Shown in pieces: positions 28,110 to 39,740 of a stretch of 64,000 nucleotides of DNA. A program made the position numbers and the translations under genes. Positions within the stretch are counted from its first letter, which is position 1. Every line of letters begins with the position of its first letter. Source of the DNA: Auanema rhodensis (lineage: Eukaryota; Animalia; Nematoda); NCBI GenBank assembly GCA_964057225.1, contig OZ059899.1, positions 4,960,001 to 5,024,000 on the forward strand, written 5' to 3'. The notes below the pieces were generated by a model, which was not told the origin of the DNA, did no database searches, and worked only from the letters and a program-made list of their open reading frames with translations.

Positions 28110-29588
28110 TCAAGATAATAAATAAGAAAGAAAAAACATAATAAATCTGAGAGATAATAAATCAGAAATACTATTTAAAACATAATCTCGAAATATATAT
28201 ATTATAATAGATAATAGAATTGAAATAATTATAAAATAAATATATATATATATGATATAGATATCTTCATCATTTCTATTATCAGATATTGGAATATAAA
28301 ATACAATTGGTAAATTATCTTTTTTTAATTTATTTTCTATATCACATTGAGCAACATTTAAAAATGTCTGAAAATAAATTAAAAAATTAAGAAAAAAGAT
28401 GTTAAAAGACATTACAGTTTGTCCATTTGTTACAGCTCCATAACATGCATGAATTTGACCAAAAATATGAAATCTAAAATATATATTTGTTTATTTTAAA
28501 TTAATTATTATAAATATTTACTTGGGTATTATACGATTTGTAATTTCTTGAAGTAATTTAAAACATCCCATATTTGTTGTTCCTTTAAATACATCAAGAT
28601 ATCCTAAATATTCAAAAATATTATTTTTTCTTCTTCTCTTTTAATACCCAAAGGTGGAGTATATGTAATTAATACATCAACATCAGTTGGAACATGAGAC
28701 CAATCAATGCTCTCACGAGATTTATAAAAATTTCTTTCCTGATTAGCAAAATTCCAAGGAGATCCATAAAATTTAATTCCTTCAATCTATTATAATAATT
28801 ATATAAATTATAATATTATTAAATTCTCACTATAATTCCTTCATCTAATAAAAAAATTCCATTTGTTAGTGAATTACCTAATATACTTTGTTTTGCCTGA
28901 ATATACTATGCTTATACTACAAATATTTCTTTTAAAACAACTGACTAATAATGACTTAAATTCTTTATCATGATCACCACCAACTATTAATTTATATTGA
29001 TGTGGAAGAATTTCTATATTAAATAAACTTATTATTTGAAATATATTTTATATTTTACTTAGAAATTCATTGAATACGTGAATTGAAGTATTTTTTGAAT
29101 GTAATACATCTCCAGCAAATATAAGTACATCACCAGATGGAATAAACTTTAAAATATTATATTAAATAAGAATATTATTATATTTATAATAGAAAAATTA
29201 TTATTTTTTAAATTTTAAATTTACCTTCATTTCTTTGAAATGACCATGAAGATCAGATATACAAACAACAGTAAGATAACGTCCATTTGGTTGTTCATTA
29301 ACAACTCGAACTATTAAATCTTGATATATTTCATCAATAAACTTTACTTCATTTTGAATATAATCATGTTTAATATTTTCCCACATCATACTTATACTGT
29401 CCGATGAATTTGGCAATTTAATACACCTTAAACAGAGATTTATTATAATTTTTGTTTAAAAAAAGATATTTTAGAGATTGAAAAGCTTACATTTCTTCTG
29501 GATTTACAATTTTAGAAGATAATTCATTTGAAAATATAAGAATATATGATATAGATAATATCCATAATTTCAAATAGAATGTCAGCAT
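28110..29588 (-). CDS. Calcineurin-like metallophosphoesterase (MPPED/239FB-like) with signal peptide; several metal ligands substituted
   Basis: VVCISDLHG, DVLIFAGDV, KLIVGGDHD, GIKFYGSPW, DVLITYTPPLG, HIFGQIHACYG, TFLNVA. Hydrophobic N-terminus MLTFYLKLWILSISYILIFS. The 3' end is uncertain (AT-rich hydrophobic tail). Confidence 0.8.
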
Positions 29589-30489
29589 ACTAGTAGCAAA
29601 TTCGAATAAACCTTGTCACTAAAATGACTTAAAAGTAGTTGGCTTGTTGAAGATGAATCACAAGCCTGATTCATATTCAAGGTAATGTGTTATGCTTAAT
29701 TCAGCTATGTATGATTCAAAGAAATTCATGTTTCTTTTCTTTTCTTTTTTTTAAAATCTTATAAAGAAATTAAGAGAAAACAATTTTATAAATCCTATTC
29801 ATCAACCAACAGTTTTAAATAATGTGTAATTGACTTTATTCGAAAAAAAAACTTTTTTGTATTTAATTTCTTTTTTTTATATTTCTACTTCTATGAGTAA
29901 GAATTCTGAATCATTTACGGCAACAAAAGATGTTACTGTGCCTTTCATTCTGCTAATTCTTTGGCTAGCAATAGCTCTTCTTCTCATTCTCAACGAAAAA
30001 TTCCATCAAATTCCCAAATTCTCATATAGTTTTCCCTCACAATTCTTAGTTTTTAGTAAAAATTTCTTTTAGTAGATATTAGAAAATGGACACATGATTA
30101 ATCTGTAGCAGATCACTCCTATCCCCAAGTGGTATTACCTGTAGCATACTACCCGTAGCAGCTAATCAGATAGACCAACTTGAATATTATAAACATATAC
30201 ATAGATTATATGAATTAATTCTCTTTTTTTTACGTTTTTCATAATTCTTAGACAAATTAATTATTATTTTAATATATTTAAATACTTCAAACATGTTTAG
30301 ACATCATCAATTATTTCGTAACCAGTCTTCTTCACTGAAAAGAAAAGAAAAAAAACTGGATAGATGCTTGTATTTATTATATATTTACATCTATAGTATA
30401 TATAATATCTATGATTCATGTGAATATTCTTAAAACATTGTAATATGGCTTTCAATTCTTTATTGATTTTCACATTTAACTTTCGATGT

Positions 30490-31591
30490 TTAATATCCTG
30501 GAGCCAAGCGTGCTGGAGGACAGTGATCACAAGATCCAGGTGCTCCGTTATCTCCATCTGGTCCATTTGGTCCAGCAGGTCCGTTTGGTCCTGGTTGTCC
30601 TGGACTTCCTGGCAATCCGGGTGGACCGGATTGACCGCTTTTCCCGTCGTTTCCTGGATTTCCTGGTGGTCCTGGTGGTCCTGGTGGTCCTGGTCTTCCT
30701 GGTGATCCTGGTCTTCCTGGTGGTCCCATTTCAGTGCGGTAACTTCCAGGTTCTCCTGGTGGGCCTGGTCTTCCCATTTGTCCAGGTTGTCCTGGCATAC
30801 CAGGTGGTCCTCTTTCTCCTTGATCTCCTGGTTTTCCATCATCTCCTGAAACTCCTGGAGCTCCTGGTGGACCGTCTGGTCCAGGAGCACCCTTTGGTCC
30901 CGGCTCTCCTGGTGGAGCTTCACATGGACATTGTTCTGGGAAGAGCGATTGTGGATCAGGTCCGGGAGGAGCTGGTGGTCCTGGCTGTCCAATATCTCCA
31001 GTGTTTCCATCAACTCCATCTACACCGTCACGTCCGGGTTCTCCAGCTGGTCCTGGTGGTCCACGGTGGCATGTACAACAGCCTCCACCAACTTGAGGAG
31101 CTTCACTTCCTCCTGCTCCATGCTCTACAAAAGCGGAAGGTCCGTCATAACCAACGGGCTCGTCTCTGAGTTCTTGATCGTGAAGACGGCGAGCCCAGAA
31201 GTCGGCCAACGTATCTCTGAAGAAATCACAGAATTTGAAAGAAGATACGAATTTATTGGAAACCTTTTAGCTATACGACGTTGAGCCATGACAATGCTCG
31301 CAAGCCGAGCAACATCACGTCTACCACCAGTTTCAATGTCCAGCATTTCTTTCCACATATCACGAGCTCTGGCCTAAAAATTGAAGGTTTCAACGTTTTT
31401 TATATTTCAATAATGATAGTAACCTGACAATATTCGATATCTAATTGAACTTGAGATTCAAGTGTCTGAACATAGTGTAGAATAAGGGGAAATGTTAACA
31501 GACAACTAGTCAGAGCAACTGTGGAAAATACAACAGCGGCAAATGCTACTGGTCGTAATGAACGACGTGAGTCGTCCTTTTCGTCAGACAT
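30490..31591 (-). CDS. Nematode cuticle collagen
   Basis: N-terminal cuticle-collagen domain with TM segment ([28 protein letters not shown]); furin-like RIAKR; Cys clusters CCTC, QCPC and [13 protein letters not shown]; interrupted Gly-X-Y blocks; two short introns. Confidence 0.95.
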
Positions 31592-32253
31592 CTGAAAATC
31601 CAAATACTTGATAAAAATTGTAAATAATTGGAAGAAATACGTGATTTATAGAACAAAAATGGATTTTGAAACTTAATACGTAGTTTAAAGGCTAAAATAT
31701 TCATTCAAATATTAGAAAAACTATAGATGATACAAACACAGGAAAGTAGAAACACTAGCGAAGAAACAACGCAATAGAACAAAAATAAAACGACCAAATA
31801 CTAAGAGACAACCTCAATATGGAAGTTTAACAGAAGAAAAAGAAGACTAGTAGAAGAAGAAGAAGCATCGTCACACTATGCCGACCAACAGCCTATATAT
31901 CCTACTCAGCTAGGCCTCGCCACTCTCTAGAATCCATCTACTCACTACCGTTCCACCGTCGTGTACAGTTCGCCTAAATCTCTGCGCGCTCTTTCTCTTC
32001 CATTATCCTTCAAATCAAGACAATTTGAAACGGCTGCATGTACAAAGCAAGGCGAAGTATTCCGCCGCCCAGTGGAAGTCATCAAAGTTGATCATCAGGA
32101 AAGCTAGGTTTTTTACATAAGATGTGACACACCAGCATTATCATGTGTCCGTTTATTTTCATTTCAAGCGTTGATGCAGAGTTAAAAATCGTGTTTAACA
32201 ACAGGGTGTTTTAAAATCCAATATTTTCATTATATTTGAGTCATGAAATTGTA

Positions 32254-33438
32254 AAATCTTTATTTACAAAACAGAAACGACAACAATAAAACAACAATAA
32301 AATAAGATCTAAGTCTATTTCTGAAGTCTAAGAAAATATTATAAAATTATGAAGTTCGGAGCATCTTAGCTGCCTTCTTATCAGCCAAATCCTTCAGTTG
32401 CTGTGCAACAGTTTCTCTTCGTTCATTCAAAAAATTCTGAAACATTCTAAATTTTAGAAAATTGAACTACTTGAAAAAATTACCTGAAGTTCAGTCGGAT
32501 CAATATCCTCTCGCTGTACTTGAATACCAATACAACGACAAGATTTTATGAGTTGCTTACATATTTCCTGCACAAATATAGATAAAATAAAACATCTCAT
32601 TAAAAAAATGTTTTACCTGTAAAGGTACACCCTGTAAAGCTTTATCTCGCGCTTTAACCAATGCTATTTCATAAATATGCTTCACCGAAAGCTTTCCTGA
32701 TATTTCACCTGGAATGCATAATAGAATTTAGTTGAGAAATAGAAGTCAAACCTGGATTTTGCCGACCCCGTGAAATACCAGCAGCTTTTTTTAAAAGCCA
32801 CGATGAAGACGGTGTACATATTTCTAAATCATAAGTCCTATCAGGTTTTACAACAATACGTGTGGGCAGTACAGCACCTGGAACAGAAAACTTAATGGGA
32901 TTATACTATAGTTAGTTTAGCAGGGAATTTAAAATATACTACCTGGATGAATATGTCCAGTTTCCTTATTAAATTCCTTGCAAAAATTAGCAACATTTAT
33001 TCCTCTTTGACCTAATTGAGGACCAAGAGGTGGGGCAGCAGAAGCCATCTGAGCTCTAAATGCCTAATTTATAGAAAACCTAATTATTACTATATTTCAC
33101 TACTTGATATTAGTTTTAAGCAGAGCTCCATGTATAACCTTAACCACTTCCTTCTTTCTTACACGGGCAGCAGCTTTTGAGGCCATATCTAGTATAACAA
33201 ATCATAATATTTCATATAAAGAATAAAAGAACTACAAGCTACACTTATATAAATTAAAACTCGTAAAGCTATCAGTACATATATCAAGACTAGAATTCAG
33301 ACAGCATCAAAATTAACAAATATGAAAAGTATTATATAATTGTGTGAAAACGTGCTCCCAAGACTTATACGTAATACTGCGTTAGTTCTCTTCGTAATCA
33401 GATTTCACGGACTAGAGACTCAACTTCTAATACTCAAA
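32254..33438 (-). repeat. Left arm of a 1185-bp inverted duplication (whole mrpl-11 gene plus 5' flank)
   Basis: Reverse complement of 34441-35625; no mismatches seen in spot checks of exons, introns and flanks. Confidence 0.95.
32347..33186 (-). CDS. mrpl-11: Mitochondrial ribosomal protein L11 (uL11m), copy 1
   Basis: [20 protein letters not shown]...[32 protein letters not shown]...[13 protein letters not shown]...[10 protein letters not shown]; intact spliced ORF. Confidence 0.93.
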
Positions 33439-33475
33439 CCTATGTCAGCCTATCAAATCAAAAGTAGGCATAAAC

Positions 33476-33540
33476 CTGCATGCTAATTAGTTCAGCGTGA
33501 AATTTACGCTTGCAACCTCTTGCGCAAGTTTTATTTAAAA
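33476..33540 (+). promoter_or_regulatory. Conserved upstream block shared by X1 and X2 (second copy at 35694-35758)
   Basis: ATGCTAATTAGTTCAGCGTGAAA.TTACGCTT.CAACCT..TGCGCAAGTTTTATTTAAAA lies directly before both start codons; it includes a TATA-like TATTTAAA and a small AGCGT..ACGCT inverted repeat. Confidence 0.6.
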
Positions 33541-33546
33541 GCGAAC

Positions 33547-34293
33547 ATGCGTAGTATTTGGTTGGTGATTAGCATTTTCTTAACGTTCACAGCTGTGGAA
33601 TCGAGAAATTATCCAATTTTTACTACCAAAATTGACATTCCACGCTTCGCTTGGGTTAATTTATTTCTTATAGATGCCTATTAAAATTGTTTTCAGACCC
33701 CAAAGAACTATTTTAGTACAGAATATTTCCCAGAAGGAATAACTGACAATTTTGATCAACAAATTAATGAGTATTGTGATAATGTGAGATTGATCCTTCG
33801 ATGTTTAACAGATATATTCCCTTTAGCCAGTTTTAACAGATAGTTATTTGGAATTCGTAGCCGATGCACAAAGTAGAATAAATAAATATAATGGAACAAT
33901 TCATGATAGACCCTTAAACATTCCAAAATTACGTCATATTTTTAGAATGGTTTAGAATTTTAAGTATTGAAACGCTTCTTTTAAATTTTATATTAGGTAT
34001 GTCGGATGGTATATTCACGTTCTGATGTGAACAACGATGGTCTTTTAAATGTTGATGAAACTAAGCAAGGATCGGAAATCGTGATGACTTGGTTGAATTC
34101 GATTGCAACAAAAATTAATTTGAATGCGGTTTCCTTGAACACTATGTTGAAACTATTTATCAATATACCGTTCGCAAACATGGAAGAAACCACAGTGAGT
34201 ATAAAAATTGAAATCTTAATATCAAAATTTATTTAGAATAATTTCAATACAAAATTTGAACATTTAGTAACAGAAGTCAATGAAAATCAATGA
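33547..34293 (+). CDS. Small secreted protein with one EF-hand-like loop, paralog X1 (family not recognised)
   Basis: Five exons in frame; signal peptide MRSIWLVISIFLTFTAVES; EF-hand-like loop SDVNNDGLLNVDE; same exon structure as 35765-36571. Confidence 0.8.
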
Positions 34294-34440
34294 ATTTTAA
34301 AAATTAAATTAATTAAACAAATTTTAACCTGTGTACAGATTGCTTGAATAAAGACAACATTATTAGAAACCTAATCGCAATTCTGATCTGATCTTAGGCA
34401 AAGTAATAGCATTCGATATTAAATTTTTTTAAGACGAGGT

Positions 34441-35625
34441 TTTGAGTATTAGAAGTTGAGTCTCTAGTCCGTGAAATCTGATTACGAAGAGAACTAACGC
34501 AGTATTACGTATAAGTCTTGGGAGCACGTTTTCACACAATTATATAATACTTTTCATATTTGTTAATTTTGATGCTGTCTGAATTCTAGTCTTGATATAT
34601 GTACTGATAGCTTTACGAGTTTTAATTTATATAAGTGTAGCTTGTAGTTCTTTTATTCTTTATATGAAATATTATGATTTGTTATACTAGATATGGCCTC
34701 AAAAGCTGCTGCCCGTGTAAGAAAGAAGGAAGTGGTTAAGGTTATACATGGAGCTCTGCTTAAAACTAATATCAAGTAGTGAAATATAGTAATAATTAGG
34801 TTTTCTATAAATTAGGCATTTAGAGCTCAGATGGCTTCTGCTGCCCCACCTCTTGGTCCTCAATTAGGTCAAAGAGGAATAAATGTTGCTAATTTTTGCA
34901 AGGAATTTAATAAGGAAACTGGACATATTCATCCAGGTAGTATATTTTAAATTCCCTGCTAAACTAACTATAGTATAATCCCATTAAGTTTTCTGTTCCA
35001 GGTGCTGTACTGCCCACACGTATTGTTGTAAAACCTGATAGGACTTATGATTTAGAAATATGTACACCGTCTTCATCGTGGCTTTTAAAAAAAGCTGCTG
35101 GTATTTCACGGGGTCGGCAAAATCCAGGTTTGACTTCTATTTCTCAACTAAATTCTATTATGCATTCCAGGTGAAATATCAGGAAAGCTTTCGGTGAAGC
35201 ATATTTATGAAATAGCATTGGTTAAAGCGCGAGATAAAGCTTTACAGGGTGTACCTTTACAGGTAAAACATTTTTTTAATGAGATGTTTTATTTTATCTA
35301 TATTTGTGCAGGAAATATGTAAGCAACTCATAAAATCTTGTCGTTGTATTGGTATTCAAGTACAGCGAGAGGATATTGATCCGACTGAACTTCAGGTAAT
35401 TTTTTCAAGTAGTTCAATTTTCTAAAATTTAGAATGTTTCAGAATTTTTTGAATGAACGAAGAGAAACTGTTGCACAGCAACTGAAGGATTTGGCTGATA
35501 AGAAGGCAGCTAAGATGCTCCGAACTTCATAATTTTATAATATTTTCTTAGACTTCAGAAATAGACTTAGATCTTATTTTATTGTTGTTTTATTGTTGTC
35601 GTTTCTGTTTTGTAAATAAAGATTT
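34441..35625 (+). repeat. Right arm of the 1185-bp inverted duplication
   Basis: Exact reverse complement of 32254-33438 in spot checks; ends 5 nt after AATAAA (35615-35620). Confidence 0.95.
34693..35532 (+). CDS. mrpl-11: Mitochondrial ribosomal protein L11 (uL11m), copy 2
   Basis: Same spliced ORF as copy 1, on the opposite strand. Confidence 0.93.
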
Positions 35626-35764
35626 CATAAATGTTTTACTTCCATCCTATATTCTTCTAATATTTTTCTCGGATCGAGAATAAGTGAATGATGCTGTATG
35701 CTAATTAGTTCAGCGTGAAAGTTACGCTTTCAACCTGCTGCGCAAGTTTTATTTAAAAAAGAGA

Positions 35765-36571
35765 ATGCACAGCATTCAGTTGGTGGTTAGCATTCTCTTT
35801 GCTTTTGCTGCTGTCAATTCAAAAGCTGATGAAGTTGATTCTTTTTATGCTAGAATTCCACGAGTAGCTTGGGTTATTTGTTTTTCAAAGTGTTAAATTC
35901 CTATTAAAATTATTTTCAGACTCCAAAGAATAATTTTGGTACAGCATATTTCTTGGAAAAGAAATTAGACTTTTTTGATCAACAAATTAATGAGTATTGT
36001 GATAATGTGAGCTTGTTTCCTGATCTATGCTTAACCAACAAACTTTGTTTTAGCCTGCACTAACAGATACCGAATTAGAGTTTCTTTCTGATGCTCAACA
36101 TTTCATGATAAGTAGCACATATGTTCTAAATATATTCCAACCTGATTTTTCATTGCACACTCAAAAACTGAACGAAATTCACAAAATGGTTTAGAATTTT
36201 AAGTATTGAAACGCTTCTTTTAAATTTTATATTAGGTATGTCGAATGGTATATTCACGTTCTGATACAAACAACGATGGCGTTTTGAGTGAGATGGAAGC
36301 TCGTAGAGCAAAAAACACAACCTTGTCTTGGTTAATGATTATCGTATCAAAGATTTATGTTCATGTTGCTCCTCTTAAACAAGTTTTCAAAGCATTAACT
36401 CTTATACCGTTCAAGACATCAAGTGAAGTACCGGTAAGGCAAACTTAAAATTTGTTTTTGTATAAGACAAATGTTTAGATAGAATTATCTAATATTATGG
36501 AAAATTTGGGTGGAGGATTAGAAAAATTAGATTTCCTAATTCGTGGTCCTCTCAAAATGGAATCGAAGTAA
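35765..36571 (+). CDS. Small secreted protein with one EF-hand-like loop, paralog X2
   Basis: Signal peptide MHSIQLVVSILFAFAAVNS; IPRVAW|TPKN..., FDQQINEYCDN, VCRMVYSRSDTNNDGVLSEME; same intron positions as X1. Confidence 0.8.
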
Positions 36572-37097
36572 TACTAAATATGTGATTATATATGATATAT
36601 ATTATATTAATTCAAATATTTTACTAATACATATAGTTTATATTCTTGTGTTCATTTTATTTATTTGAAATATATTACAAATTAATCGAAAAATTAATAG
36701 TGTTCATGAAAGTTACTTAATCTTATTAATAACGAATCTTTGATTTTTCCTTTTTCTAATTTGTTGCAACCAGTTTCACAATTTGAATGAGAAAGGAAAC
36801 TCTTGTCATCATTTCTTCTCGCTTCAGTTAAAATAAAACAATTCAGAAAATTTAAAAGAAAGTTTAGTTTCTAGTTTGAACAATCTGGAATAAATAATCT
36901 TTTTTTGAGATGAACATGTAGAAAGTTGAAATGTATCCTAATTTGCAAGGGGCAGCATCGGCGCATACAGTGTTACTCACTCACTCGCACACATATCGGT
37001 CTTGAGTGTAACACGGTTCATTTCTTTTTGATCCCTTTCCTCTTTCATATTTTCTATTTCTTTATTTTGTTTTTCTCTTCAGAATTGTCTTGTTATC

Positions 37098-38595
37098 ATG
37101 AAAGATGCTGCCATAAAAGAAAATATGTTGGAAAGTAAAACATCTCTTAAAGAAATCCGTTCATCATATTCATGTTGCATACGACGCTTACATCGATCAA
37201 CTTGTAGTTTTATATTAATTGGAATTATATTCATAATATTATTTACTATACAATCAAATAATCTGACTGATCAAATAACAACATTAAGAAATGCTTTTGG
37301 ATCATATAATATTGAAAATGAATATACACCTTATCAGAATACAACTGAAGTTTCTCCATATACTTTACAAGTTCGACAAAATATTCATTATTATTTAAAT
37401 GATACAAGTATGATTAGAAATATTATTATTTTCTTATTTTATATTTCAAATTCTTTATTTTAGAAGCTTTATTAGATTCATTTCATCCTTTTAATAATGG
37501 AACAAATAACTATACTATTACTGTAACTAATAATTATACAGTATGTTCATTTTAATTTTTTAATTCAAAAATCATTTTCTGTTTTAGATTGTACCTAACT
37601 TTCATGTAGCTTATTGTCCAATATCAGAAGCATTATCTACTACTCTTAACAATATTTTTTGTTATTTATTTGATAGTGATGGATTTGTACAAGATGGTAG
37701 CGATATTATAATGAATTATGATCAGCCACCGTTAGTTTTTAAATTTCAAAAACAATATTCCCATGAATTCATATATTTTTTCAAATATTTTCGGTACACT
37801 AATGAAATCTTTTTCCAGATTTTGTGATGTACGTAATCAAGTAGGAACAATTGAAGATTTAAATCGTATAATGCCATTCACATTTAACACTTTAACGGTA
37901 ATTCGTGATCCAATTTACCGTTTTGTTAGTGCATTTATACGTTATTGTATAAAGTATGAATACAAAATAATATTTCAAATTTAAAATATTTTTAATTTCA
38001 GAAATAAAGAAAAAACAAATGGAAAAGATAATTGGAATGAAATTTGTTATTACTGTGAAGAATCAGATTTAATATGTGTTATAGAGAGACTTTATAAAAA
38101 TGTTGCAAATCTTGATACATTCTGGCAAAATCGTTTAACTATCAAATATGTTTTCAATATTTGGGCTCCTCAAAGTTGGTAAGTTTGTATTATATTTATA
38201 TTAAAAGTTTATTAATTAGGAATTGTGCAATGAGTTTTACTTATTCGGATTTAACATTTGTCCGATATGGTGAGGATGGTGAAGAACGAGAAAGAATGTT
38301 ATTTGATATAATGACGGAACTAGAACGTTTTAAAGTACCCGAAGAATATTTATCATATATTCAAGAAAGAATAAATGGTTAGTTTTAATTATTAAAACTT
38401 TAATTTTTATAATCTGTAATTTATTTTATAGTTGGAATGCATACAATGACTAGTCTACGTTCACAACCTGAAGCTAAGAAAGTTTTACAACAATTGAAAT
38501 CAAACTCTACACTTTTTGATATTTTAACAGCAATTTATCGTTATGATTTTAAAATTTTTGCTTTTGAAAAACCTGACCGTAACAAGTTAATATGA
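37098..38595 (+). CDS. Type II membrane Sulfotransfer_2 (carbohydrate sulfotransferase-like) protein
   Basis: N-terminal TM (FILIGIIFIILFTI); YCPISEALSTTLNNIFCYL (5'-PSB region); VIRDPIYRFVSAF (3'-PB motif); WAPQSWNC; C-terminal IYRYDFKIFAFEKP. Confidence 0.85.
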
Positions 38596-38929
38596 TTAGA
38601 TAAAAAGTTTTCAAATATCTTCCAAATAAGACCAGTGGCATTAGATTGACTACCAGATTTCTATAGAAAAATGACCTCATTTCTTTTATAGATGTACGAT
38701 ATAAATTAATTTGAAAATAAAAAATTTATTATTGAATTAAGCGCAATTTAATTGTATTCGATGATGATTTTGTTCGGTTTCTTAAAAAAAAACGACGAAC
38801 TGTTTGCCCGTAGTAAGTGAATCACAAGTTGCTTTTCATATTGACAACATGATATAGATCTTAAATAAAAAATTTAATATAATTTAAATAAAATTTATAT
38901 TTACCTGTTGAATTTGCTAATAATATATT

Positions 38930-39740
38930 TTAGATGCTTAATGGTTCAAATTGACGGTCTCTTCCGTATTTACAAGTATAAAAACAGTGTAATGACCAAC
39001 GAAAAGCTTCAATGAAAAAGATTCCTAATATTGAAAATACCAAAATCATAACTAGCAGAGTACTGAAATCAAGATCATTTGAATTATTTTTAAAGAAAAA
39101 TTGTTTACAATAAACTCGTAAAGAATGTATTTTCTTTACAACATTCATATCCGCAACATATTTCGGATTCTGGACAACCATAAACAATTTCTTGGGGTCT
39201 ACTATCGTCAGGGAAATACACCTAAAATACAGAAAAATATCAAATTTCGGGTGACTGACTCACCCTTCCTAATTGAGGATCATTTGGATCAATTTTATTG
39301 ACACACTGTGTAGGAAGTTCATCTGTTGATGAGAAGAAAGACGAATCCCAGTAATAGGATCTACTTTCAAATCTGAATAAAGAATTAATATGAATATTAT
39401 TAAATTAGTTTATCGAATCATTACGTCATAGGTTCAGATGGACGATTTATGATATGCTTCCCAGCTGCATAGGTTACATATCCTGTTGCTGCACCTAATA
39501 TGGTGGATCGAAATAAAGCTGTTCGCTCAATTGATCCAACTTGTGCTAATCTGAAGATGCTCAACAAATGTTTTAAACGATTGAATAATTGAGTAAAACA
39601 AACCGTTTTGTAAATCTTAATCGCGATCTTGATCGTGAAGTTTTACTTCCTCCTGATTTTGAAGAAAATTTTCCTGATGATGTTAGAATGACAGATGAAA
39701 ATAATATAAGAAAGTTTATTGTATAATGTGATATGTTCAT
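38930..39740 (-). CDS. CX-module protein with signal peptide and C-terminal TM
   Basis: ILGAATGYVTYAAGKHII, SYYWD, QCVNKID, VYFPDDSRPQEIVYGCPESEICCGYECC, then TM LLVMILVFSILGIFFI. Confidence 0.8.

Noticed and set aside
30297-31284. Long alternative-frame and antisense ORFs over the collagen
   Set aside because: Shadows of Gly-X-Y codon periodicity.
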